The position numbers were made by a program, and so were the translations under genes. From Selaginella moellendorffii (taxonomy: Eukaryota; Plantae; Lycopodiophyta), in NCBI RefSeq assembly GCF_000143415.4, contig NW_003314336.1, positions 782,853-846,852 of the forward strand: a DNA stretch of 64,000 bases, in the 5' to 3' direction. Shown in pieces: positions 34,691 to 46,700 of the stretch; the first letter of the stretch is position 1; every line of letters starts with the position of its first letter. Under the pieces are notes generated by a model, which was not told the DNA's origin, did not search any database, and saw only the letters and a program-made list of their open reading frames with translations.

Positions 34691-36496
34691 ATTCAAAACT
34701 TAAGAAATGAAGTAATGAAAAGAGAGCCAGGGATCTATTTTGGTAATGACAAAGAGATTGCGGAAGAGCAAGTTCACACGTCCAGGAAGATGGTGACTGG
34801 CAATCTTTTAATAGATTTGTCTGCTAATGGAATATTATGCAGATTGTTGTAAGGGCTACAAGAAAGCACAAGGATTGGTGGTGTAGTATTGTATTTCAAG
34901 AACAGATCTGAATACTGAAACCTAGAACTTTTCTTTCATAAACCCTTTTGCCTTCTTTCAATAAACTGAACTCGAGAATGCTGACACGAATTCCCTCTCA
35001 TTTGGACCTGTTAAATTTCTGGACCCATTGTCACCAAACCTTTGTTATTGTTTGCTACAGGCAATCCATTATACTGCAATTCACTTACTGGAGCCACCAC
35101 ACACAAAGTCATTATTGCTCCATTTTCCAGTAGAATCCACATTAAACCTCCATGAAACATGCCTCCCACATTTAAGCTGATCACAAGTGTATTTAACCTT
35201 TGCTTTATAGTTGAGTTGATGAACAATGATCAGGAGCTGCTTCCTCCAACTAAAATAGTTCACTTTGTTATCTTTATGTTACAAATTTTACAAGTTTTTA
35301 GTATTCAACTTACTGTCATTAGAAGATTGAACATTCCTTTTGCTCTGCTGCTTGTTTTTTAGCTGTGGACAATCAAACTTTTACTGTCCAAGCCCACCGA
35401 AATGATGACAACCTTGCCTATAGTTCTTCACAAAAAACTTTTACTCTTTGACCTTTTCATATTAGATTCAGCTTGTAATGTTTATTTCCATTATTGTATC
35501 ATTTTAAAGTTGAAACCACATTAAAGAGCTCCTCCAAACTTTGGGAATGACACAAGTACTTTTTGATGCTCTCACTTTGAAGGCCATTAATGAAGTATGA
35601 CTTGTTCTGATTTAGTTTTTTTATTAGAACATGGCTAATCAAATATGTAAGCTTTTTAATATAATCCCCAAGTGCTATTTTCCCTTGCTTAAAATATCAA
35701 AGTTTTATAAAAGCACCTCAGCACCTTAGCACCTCTATCAGCACCATTGTCAACACTTCCATTGACATTAGGATTTCAACATTCATCTTAGTTACTATTA
35801 CAACCAGCATCTTTAATACTAATATTATGACTTGGCAGTAAACAAGAAAGATATAGAGACTTAACCTTCCATAAACTATACTACACCAGACAATGGTATA
35901 TTTTATGGTCCAAGCTTTTGAGTTGACTTCTGACCCACGTTGACCACATGGCCAAAGATTCTCTTGAAACCTAGATAAAGCATTTTCTTTAAGGTGTAGG
36001 TTCTAGACTGTTGTTGGCTCCCTCTATTTAACATATTTTGCAGTTTATAGCTAATTTCTGTAGGGACTTTGGGCAGATTCTGATACCAGCAATCAACAGA
36101 GTTCTGTCTTATGTTACTCATATAGCGAAAAGCCGTGGCTGCAGCGTGGCAGCAAGGGTGGTCGGAATCAAGAGTTTTTTTAAAAATGTACCGTCATCTG
36201 TTTGGTAAGCGATTCCTTTTCATTGCTTCTCTTGCATGGAGATCCCTCGACATGTGCCTTCAAACGCCACGTCCAGCAAGATGGCATACTTGTGGATCCC
36301 TCCAGATTCACAAATCCCCACTTGAAGGCCATGAGAGAACAAACCCTTGGGAGTGCATGAATTAAGGAACAATATGGCACATCAATACGTGATGTCATTC
36401 AAGCTCAACTACAATGCAGCGAGGAACAAGGCACACCGAACTAGCAAAAATTATGTGTAGATATGGCAATGGCAACTTACAAAACTGCTAAGATGT

Positions 36497-37581
36497 TCAG
36501 GGTCGTGTTGGCTTTCCTGTCAGCACTTGAATCTTGTGGTCTTTGAGGCTCACAAGCTGCTCCAGCTTCATAACTTTGGCTTCTAACAACTGCTTATAGT
36601 ATTTCATCATTCTGTTACTGTACAATCTTAGTTACCTCGATTGTCTCCCGGAGCTCTCGGAGTTGAATATCCTTTTGGGATTCATTCATCCCATCCCTTT
36701 CCTGTCTCTCTGGAGAATCTGTCCTTTTCGGGCTCTGTACAACTGAACCAGATCAAGAACAGAACCAGTACAAAGACTGTACACTTACACCAGAAAGTCC
36801 TCTTTCATGACCCCTGCAAGAAAACATGTATAACAATAAAAAGAAAGACGAAAATCTCATACCTGCTTGGCGGTGTAAACATTCTAGGGGGCGGCCTTTT
36901 TATGGGGTAGTTGCCTACAAAATCTAATTTGAGTTTTGACTAGAGCCTCCCAAAGCAATGTTTCTGTGTGATTACTTATTTGACCATTTCTCCATCATAC
37001 CATGACCGTTAGGCTCGTGCTTCATTGACTCTGTTTTAATCGGCCTGTACTTGGCAATCTGGCAGAATATGACAATTTCTAAACCGAATTTGGAGAGGAA
37101 GACATTTACCTTATATTTCAAAAGCTTAAGTATTCTTTCTATCATTTGGTTTTCAGCATTTGCGACTGCCTCGACGTCTTCCTTGGTTAAGGAAAAGTTT
37201 AAACGTCTAAAAACCTTGTCTGCAGCACACACAAAATAAATGTGCATAACCAGAAAGTTGCTTACTGTTGAGAGTGTTCCAGTTGTAAATCTTCTGAGCA
37301 AGACTGTTGGCAGCACTGTAGTTGTGAATATCCACAAGCCGTGGGCAATAATGTGCTACAACTTCTGCCGCTAATACTGGCGGAAAACATCGTTTTAATC
37401 CAACATGGAATGCTAGCAAACAGTACCTCCGTCGCTGAAATCCCGAGCGATGTTTCTCTTCGGCCTTGACAACGGAATCCCATCAACCTGAAAACGCTCA
37501 GCACTGAGCTGATCTATCAGATCAGCTTCAACTACAAACCCAAGAATAAAGTCCAGGAAGCTCTTCAGGTGCCACATCCAT
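36497..37581 (-). CDS. SPEF1: Sperm flagellar protein 1 (CH domain plus C-terminal coiled coil), multi-exon
   Basis: LYSW|VDGIPLSRPKRNIARDFSDG|VLAAEVVAHYCPRLVDIHNYSAANSLAQKIYNWNTLN|.KVFRRLNF and C-terminal LEAKVMKLEQLVSLKDHKIQVL. GT-AG introns. Confidence 0.92.
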
Positions 37582-37711
37582 GACCTAAATAGACATGAAG
37601 TTTCATTTGCGTGTAAAGGAAAAAGAATGTTTTAAACCAGACCCTAACTTAAAATTAGTTCATATAACAAGGATTCCAAAGAGAGCTTGTAGCATTACAT
37701 AGATATAAGCT

Positions 37712-40700
37712 CTAGACAGCTTGCAGGTAGAACGACCATACATCATCTGTTTCATTGCAAGTCACTGTGAGTCGGCCAGTCTTGGGGGCGTTCGGTGCTT
37801 CTGGTTTGTAGCTAACGACCAGCTTAGACTGCTTCTTGGGCTGCATCTTCTCACCTTTGCTCACCACAAAAGCTGGATTGTCCGTGGTGTAGTTAAACTG
37901 GACGGTGTCGTTGTAAACGTTTTTGAAGTTGATCTGTCCACTGCCCTTGATGAAGAAGGGACCCTGAGGAGACGGGCTGCTGCAGCTTGCCAGCAGCTGG
38001 CAGCAAAAGTCAGACCCTTCAGGCGATTTCAACGTGAGCAAGCCTTGGAACTCGTCCATGATCCGCGACGGCTCGAACACGACTTGGACTTGGAGGTCAA
38101 GGCCGTCGGGTGGTGCTGGATTGGCCTGCACCATGCTGGGTTCGGCCGTGAAGCCTCCGTCAATGGCTGCTTGAGAGAGCAGGCAATTGTACGTGGCCTT
38201 GACTGGAAGTGTGTGCCTAAAGTGGAAAGTCTGTACGAGCTGATTGCCCAGGGGCACGGAGAAGAGCAACGGGGCCTCGGATGGCGCTGCCACACTCTTG
38301 AGCGTCAGCTGGTATTCGAATTCCCCGAGGTCGTCGCTGTGTAGACTGAGGCTGCACTGGCTGCTGCCCTGCACCAGGGGTCGGAACGCAACGTCCACTG
38401 CCGCGCTGGACATTGCGTCAGCTTGCACCTGGGCGGGCAGCACCACGCCTTGGCCCGTGCAGCTCGTCTTGAACACCACAGGCCTGTCCAGCGGATTCCT
38501 GAGGCGAAGCGTGCGCGACGCTTGCTGCCTCACAAAGCACTCGAGGAGCACTGACTCGACAATGTCGGCCCTGCCCGTCTCCACTGTCACGTTGAACAGC
38601 GAGTACTCACCACTCTCTTCGTTCTTGAACGTGACGGTGCTCATGGTGCTCCCAGGCTTATGGGCCTTGAAGTAGAACACGCACTCCTTGTTGGACAGCC
38701 CGGGCACGTCGATAGTCTTGGGGCCCTTGATCACTGTCGTGGCATCCCCCCGCACCATGCTTACCATGACGACAAACTGCTGAGTGGCTTTGAGCCAGTT
38801 TGGGACGTGCAGGCTGAAGGGGAGCGTGAGCCGCGCCTTGGCGTCCAGCTTGATGCTGGCCTCGGGAGGTGGCGGCCCTGCCTCACCCGACAGCTGATAA
38901 GACACAAGGCCCCCGAAGGGCAGCGGGAAGGAGATGGTGGCCAGGTGCGTATTGCTCATTGTCAGGGGACAGTAGGTGAGGCTGTAGCCTATGCTCTGGT
39001 TGGCCGGCACCTGCACTGTCACCGCTCCACTCCAATAGGGGTGCGAGATGGCGGGATGTACGAGCCAGTTCTGCGTTGTCGGGTTCTTGAGCTGGATCAT
39101 CTTGGACTCGGTGGCCCGCACGGCTGCCATGAACTTGAGCGTCTCCGCGGGCGCCCCTTGCTCCACACAGCCCCCCAGGAGCGTCAAGTGCAGCGGCTCG
39201 CCGCCCTCCACTTGGCAAGGGATGTCCTCGATTCTCATGTCCGGATTAGCGGCCGAAGGATGGAAGGTCACGTCCAGCTTTGACACCTGACGAGGGGTCA
39301 GGAACCCCTCCATGGGGAAGATGGTGAAATCCGCCTCACACTTGGTTGTGTCCCACGCAAAGTTGGTTGCCAGGTCCCCGTGGTTTTCGAGCTGTATCTT
39401 CTTGGTCACCTTGGAGCCCAGTGTTACGATGTCAAAGGGCAAAACGCTCTGGTTGAGCTTCACCACCACAGCATGGCAAATGCCAGATACTGTCAGCACT
39501 CTCGACTTGGTCCCCGCCACTTCCAGCACAAGGCCTTCGGTAAACTTGGTCATCCTGGCTTGTGGAGTGAAGACGAGCTCCATGGGGCGAGTGTATCTCG
39601 ACGGCAGCTGGATGCCTTGGGCAGGCAGGCATGTGATGCCCAGCTTGCCCAGTGCGTCGGCACTAGGCTCAAAGGATATGGGAGCCAGGATTTTGCTCTT
39701 GTTGGTGATCTGAACGTGTTGCTTTGCCGTCTTCCCCAGCCGGACCACCCCAAACGACAAGTAGCGCTGCCTGGGATCCACTAGCTCGAGCAAAACGGGC
39801 ACGCCTTCCCCTCTGACCGAGATGGTCACAGTGTCGAGGCCACATATTTGGAACTTGACAGCCTCCCTGTAGAGCACAAAGGCATCCGGCTTGAAAGTCA
39901 CCCTGATGGTGTGGTTTTGGCCGGGGCTCAAGCTCATGTTGACGTACTCCACTTCCAGAAAGGAGGTGTTCTCGTACAGGAGCTCGCAGGTGATCACCTC
40001 GTCACCCTCGTTGGAGAGCGTGAGGTCCGTGGAGGGCGGTGTCAAGCCGGGCTGGTGCAGGAAGCGGGCTCCAAAGTCAAAGTCGTGGAAGCTGAACTTG
40101 ATCCTGGGGCGGTAGCAGGTGGCGTTGAGATGAATGAGGTACTTGTTGCCGTGCATAATCTGGCATACGATGGGAAGGTCCACAATTGTCCTCTCTGCGG
40201 TGGGGTGAAAGAGGAGGTCGCAGGTGAGCTGCTCATCCTTGGCCACCAGCTCGGCGACTGGCTCCGCTCGCAGCAGGGCGCTGTCGCTGCCACAGCCCCA
40301 CATGAAGTGAAAGGCCGCTTTGCCCGAGTTGGTGAGGATGAACTTTCGGTACACCCTCGAGTTGATCATCACCCGCCCGTAGTCTAGCCTGAAGGCCTCC
40401 TTTGCCACGAGGGCGAGCGGCCTGCCGTCGTCCCCGCCTTCCAGGTAGAGCTTCTCGTGGTAGAGGTAGGCCTCCGCCTTGACAGACATGAAGAGCGGGG
40501 AGGCCATGCGGAGGTTGCACACGATGTCGAACGAGTGGTCGCCTTCCAGCGCCGGCGAGAAGAGCAGCTCCACCGGTATGGTTGCACCTTGGGCCACAAT
40601 GCCACTCGAGGGAGTGAAGGTGAGCACCGCAACCTGGCCCGGCTGCGACGGCGAGTAGCTGAGCTTGTCGAAGTTGAAGGCGAAGGGCCCAGGCTCGGGG

Positions 40701-43700
40701 TTGTGTAGGTAGATGGTCTGCTTCACTCTGGCCTTGACGAGGACCTGACCAAAGTCGACGTGGGAGCAGCTGAGAGACAGCTCGGGCTTCTTGACGTTGC
40801 CAACCAGGAGGAAGTTGACCTCGATCCTCTTGTCCGGGATGCGGAGGGTCCAGAAGCTCTCGTGCAGCTCCAGCCTCATCGGGGTGTACTCGAATCCCAT
40901 CTCAAACCTCTTGCCGCCTGGGATGAGGCCGCGCCGCATCATGCACCGGAAGGGACGGGGGAAGACGTCGTCGTCAGTGATGGGCTCCAGGTCGTAGGCC
41001 GTCCACCTGAGCGACTGGCTCTTCTTCTCCTCCCACACGAACTTGTAGGCCACATTGGTGGGGTTGACGGCGGTGAAGTACTTGACGTTGCGCATGTTGC
41101 AGCCCAGCGAGTCGAACTCGATGATGTGGATGCCAGCGTCCAAGGGCCCCAGCTCCCCGTCGGGCCCCGGGAAGTGGCCGTCCCTCCGGCTTGCATAGTC
41201 GCTCCGGGGCAGCTCAAAGTGGCACCACGGCCTCGTCACGCTGCCGCAAACGGGGAGCCGCAGCGGCTGCTCCAGCGTGGGGATGTGGCACGCCACCACG
41301 CGGCTGCACTCGTGCACCTCGAGCGGGCAGAACTTGAGCACAAAGTGGGCGTCCAGGCCAGGCCGCAGCACACCACACGCCGGCTCCACCGCGTACATGC
41401 TCTGCTCCTCTGCCTCCACCGAGCCGTCTGCCTTCTCCACGCGCCACGAGAAGGGCATGCTCGCCTTGCTCAGGCTCTTCACCACCAACGGGTACGTCCT
41501 CACCTGGAACATCATCGTTGTCTTGAACTGGACCGCCTGGACGCTGCACTCGTATCGCGCATTGTCGGCCACCGCGTGGAGCTTGTACGCGACGAGCTTG
41601 GCGCTCCCCTTGACCACCTCCAAGGCTGGCTCCGCGGGGTTGATGTTGGAGTCGATGGTCAGCTCGGGGGCAGCGCCAGCATTGCCTCCCTTGCCGCCCT
41701 TGGCAGCTGCTGCGGGTGGCGGCGCCGCTTTGCCACCTTTTCCTTTGCCGCCTTCGGGAGGCGCGTCCTCGTTGGGAGGCGGCAGCATGGTGTCGTCCCA
41801 GTCGGGCGGAGGCTCCTCCTCCTCCCCGCCCTGTCCAGTGTAGACAATGTTGCACAGCTGCAGGTATATGTCCTTGTCCATGTACTCCACCGCCTCCGTG
41901 GGGCTGAATGTCGCAGTGATCTGCTTGGACGCACCCGCGTGGAGATGGCCCAGCGCCGGCCTGAAGCTCACAAACGCTGGTGCGTCAGACCAGCCAAAGC
42001 GCCAGTGCTTGAGTGGCGATGCGTTCTTGAGGGTGAAGATGACGTGGGTGCTGCCTCCAACCCCGCAGTCGTCGAAGCATATGGCGTCGTCCAGCGCCTT
42101 GGGCAATCCAAGGCACACCACTTCTTCGCTGTAGCCTTCACCCGTGATGGATATGGTGACGGCATCAAATGGGTTGTCATCCACCACCACCATGATGTCT
42201 TGCTTGTACTGCCGAGCGGCACGAGGCGTGAAGGTGACGCTGGCCGTCTCCACACAGCCGACGGGAAACGTGAGCTTCTTCCCAACAAGCAGCGGCACCG
42301 CTCCCTGCTCGGTCACCTGGCTCATGTGGAGCCACGACTCCAATCCGTCGCTGGCGTCCCCAGCCAACTCGAGCCTGGCCACGGCAGGCACCAGGCCGTT
42401 GTTGACAAGAACAATGGGCAGCGTATGTGACTTTCCAACCAGCAGCCGTGGAAAGTCGAGCCACGGGAATCCCAGCGGGGACACTGCCGAGGGCGACTCG
42501 GCGAACAAGTGAGGCAAGGTTCCCTCTCCCTGGATGTGGCATGTAAACTGTGGCGACTCCCGGCCTTTGACAAGCACCTCGAGCAGCCCCGTGTACTTTT
42601 GCAGCGCCAGAGGCTTGAAGGAGATTGTAACAAACTGGTACTCGAGGGGTGGAATGTCAGCCGTGAGGGGGGAGAGCTCCATGCACAGCAAGTTGTCGCC
42701 ACCTCCTTTGACGGGAAGCTTTTCTTTTCCACCTGACTTTGCCGCTGCTTCGCCCGGCCGACGGAGCACCAGTTCGACAGAGCATGGAACCCGCAGAGGG
42801 TTCTCGATACGAAGCCGTGCCGTCATGCACACGTCCCTTGCGCCCTTCTTGTGAGCTGCTACTACTGCTGGCTTGTCCTTGTTGCCACCTGCACTCGCGT
42901 CGAGCGCTGCCTTCTCATGGTTGATGATAACCGGCCCAAAGGAGAACATCTCATCCTTTCTGGAATACGTTCCAAAGCTTGGGATGGGAGCCAGGAGATC
43001 AATCTCGTCCACCACATGGTACTCGTAGAATATGGTCCTCGGCTCCGTGCTGATGCCTGGAATGCAGGCTTCACCCGAGAGCTCGTACGCCACGCCTCCC
43101 GGATACAGGAAGGGATTCATGTCAGCAATCTCAATGTGGAACGTCTCTGACGTCAGGCAAGGCGTGTCCACCTTGAAGAAGACGGACAGCTCCATGTGGC
43201 TACCAGGGAGGACTGTTCCAGAAGCAGGGACCACGGTGAAGCTGTTGAGTTCCAGGGGCTCACCCGATGCACCACCACCACCTCCTTTCTTATCCGTTTT
43301 CTTGCCTTTGTCTGCTGCGGCCGCCGCTTCAGGCGCAGGTGGCGCCAACGTGGAGACAAGCTTGTAAGCGAAATCAAACTTCCCCAGGTTGACAATCTTG
43401 AGAAGCCGAGGTGGCGGAGGGTTGCCGCATATCTGCGAACCAAAGTGAATGCCTTGCGCAGGAAGCAGCTGGAACTTGGAATGCACTGCGTGGACTGTTA
43501 CTACACTAGGAATTATCTGCTCCGTTTTGCCAGTCAAGCACTCGATAAGGTGCAGCTCCACGTCCCGGCTCCCTTTAAGTGCGACCTCTCTTTGCAGCGT
43601 CTTCTCCTTGTTGAAGTGCAGGTCAACCTGGAGAGCAAGACAGCGGCGTTACCGTTCGTGCGATTGCTACGTCTTTCCCGCACTTTACCTTTTGCTGCTT

Positions 43701-46700
43701 CTTGGGCTCTAAAGTACCCCCAGGCGGGGTTATTGTAAAGAGCTCCTGCGTGAGCGCCGTTTTGTGGACGAACTTGAAGTCGACCTTGTACTTGCCTTTG
43801 TTGTCCATGGTGAGCGATTTGAGAGAATCTTGGGCGACTCTAAGTGTGCCATAGTTGAAGCCACCGTCGGGAGGCATGTCTTCTGGTGGGCTAGGATATT
43901 TGATCGCAATGTCAATCTTGTATGCCTCAGCAGTGATACTCAATGGAAGCTCCTGGTTGAATTTGACGGCGTCTTTCGCCTCGAAAACCTGCACCACATA
44001 TCTTGGGTGTCATTTCACGATAGCGGGTGATGAAATCGGCCACCCTAACCTGGAGCTTCAACTTCTGGCTGAACACCTTCTCCTGGATCGCCTTGAACGT
44101 GACCTCAACTGTCGCACTGCCCAAGGCACACAAGCTACCGGATGTCTCTGAGAACGCAAGCTCGGGGGGTTCATTTTCCAGCCCGACAACTTTCCAGAAA
44201 AGAAGCAACGCAGATATATTTCTGGAGATTACAACAGAAGTGTCAGCAGCGGGAAACATAAAATGGCTGCATGCCTTATGATGATGGATTTCTTCACTTC
44301 ACGGTCGAGCAAGAGGCGCTCAAACACCAGGTCCTTGCAGTCAACGTCTACCCGAGGGGTGTCTGCAAGGCAAATCACCTTGCATTCCAGAGGCTGAGGA
44401 TTATCCCTGATCCTGCACACCATTCTTCCTTCCAGTGGGCCAAGTTGTCCCTGCATGTCCGAGAAACTCAGGAAAAAAGAACAGCAGAAGCTCGTGTCAT
44501 ACCTGAGGCGGGTAGCAGTAGATACTCAGCATCTGCTTGTCGTTGATTTTCAGATCCATTCCAAGGGGATTGAGCATAAAGAGTGGCTTGCCACCCTTGG
44601 CAGCCGGCTTCTTGCCTGCAGCACCACCAGCACCAGGTGCCTCGCTGCCTTCACCAACGTCAAAGTCGACATGCAGGTCGAAGAGGCCGATGTTACGAAT
44701 CTCGAGCCTCTTGCAGTGCTCCGAGTCTGGCAGATTCGGAAAACCGTCGGCTGTTCTTCCGGTTGGAAGGGGACCGAAGTCTAGAATCCTGTCCGACACA
44801 AACAACGCCTTCTGGAGCTTCTGCGTGGGCGTCACCTTTGTGTTGGGAAGTTTAACGTGTCGATAAAAGCAACCAATCTGTGGTTCAGCACACACTCCTT
44901 TGCACATAAGACGGGCTTGATGGTTACCGTTGAGGCCTTCAAACACAAACTTTTGCTCGAACTCCCCCACGGTCTGAGACCAGAAGCGCAACAGCAGCTC
45001 CACGCGTTGCTGCGGTTTCACCACCCATCGCGTCCGCATCTCGTGCCCCTCTGGCAGCGCCTCCAGCGGAGTGAAATATTCGGTCTTCCTCTTGAGCATG
45101 ATTTGGTACTTCTCGCTCTGCAAGCCTGCTGCTTTCTCTGCTCCCCCTTTGATCTTCTTTCCTTGCGCCGTGGGATCCCCCGAGCTGTCCTCCTCTTCAC
45201 CCACCATGCTGGTGAAAAAGGCGAACTTAAGGCTGCTGGGATCACTGATGAAACTTGATCGCCTGTGCGGTCGCTTCACCACTTGAAGCACCTCTGCAGG
45301 TGGAAGCGGTGCTACATTTTCCATGTCTGGAAGAAAATGGAGCTCCTCCTCATAAACAAGCCCCACGTTCTGAAGTGCATTGATAGCAACGCAAGCCACT
45401 CTATTAGTCCCTGCTCCTTCTTCATGACTTTCAGCCTTGGCTCCACCCAAAAGGTTTTGTACGTCTGTCTCCGATGCATAGTACTTATCAAGCTCTTCCT
45501 CACTGGGAAATAGAGACACATATGGATAATACTTGACATGGTTCAGGACTTCCGATGCCAAGGTTGGGGTTTCTGGCTCGGACGCAGGTGGCGGTGGCGG
45601 CTCCCCAGCAGGTTCCGTTTCCTGACTTTCTTTTGCCGCTGTTTCCACGTAAACCTTCTTCTTGCACTGGTCACGGTCGGGAACAGTTTGGTAGTGCCTC
45701 GATAGTTCACTTCTTTGAGCCTTCAAAGTTATTGCGTATACTGTAGCCTCGCCCTTCCAGAACGTCTTGGGAAAGATAGGAGGCCCCGTAGGTTCTTCCT
45801 CTGCCTTCTTACCTTTGGGAGGTGCAGGAGCCTTCTTCTTTTCACCGCCACCTTTTTTCTTCCCGTCGTCTTGAGGATTCTCTGGATCATATGGTTCCAG
45901 TCCGGCAGCATAGAGGATGCATTTGGCGAGCGAGACAGTCGTCGCGTAGTGGGAGTTGAGTCCATCAAACACAGCTCCGTAGATGCACTCGGAGCTCTCA
46001 AGTTTCCTCCTCAGTGTTGCTATCAGATCCTTTTCGAAGTCGTTGATTTCCACAGATGCAGTAGAACTCCCGGACGCCTGGGTGCCACTGCTTCCGTCTG
46101 CCGTGGAGGACATCCGGTTTGTGCAAGTTAAAGCGACCATGTCATCCATAGCCACGACTGGGCAACTGAATCTCCGACTCAGCTGCTTTGCCTGTGTCGA
46201 CTTGCCAACCGCTGGAGGTCCAAGTAGCATAATCAGGAGTTTCTTGGCATGGGAAACCAAAGGCTTTTCAGAGACATCTGGAGCAGAACCAGATGGACTT
46301 TTGCCTGCCTTTCCTGCTGCCTCAAGCGGAGATGGTTGTGTTGGAGGTTGTTGCAAGGCCTCTTGCTTTGCAGAGCCTCCAGGTTTGAGATGGGACCAGA
46401 AAGGTTGACCAGCACTGCGGCGCTCAAGGAACAGTTGATCATGCTCGTTGTAGCCTTCCACCGTCTTGAGAATTTCTTCCTCTTTCACATAGTCTGGATC
46501 AAACGCAAGTGAGTAAAGCTCCACTGGCTCTTCAGCGTTGTTGTAGATCACGTATTTGATCTCAGCGGCTTCAGGAGCGTTCGGAAGTATTGGTCCGAGC
46601 TGAATAATCGATGGCTCGAGTGTAAATATTGGCACGTAGCTGTGACCTCTGCACGCGAATTTAAGCTCGACTGGGTTGTGCAGCAGATCAATAAAAAAAA

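Noticed and set aside
40760-42430. 556-aa antisense ORF and other overlapping ORFs within HYDIN
   Set aside because: Shadow ORFs expected from high GC3 on the coding strand; no recognisable motifs.
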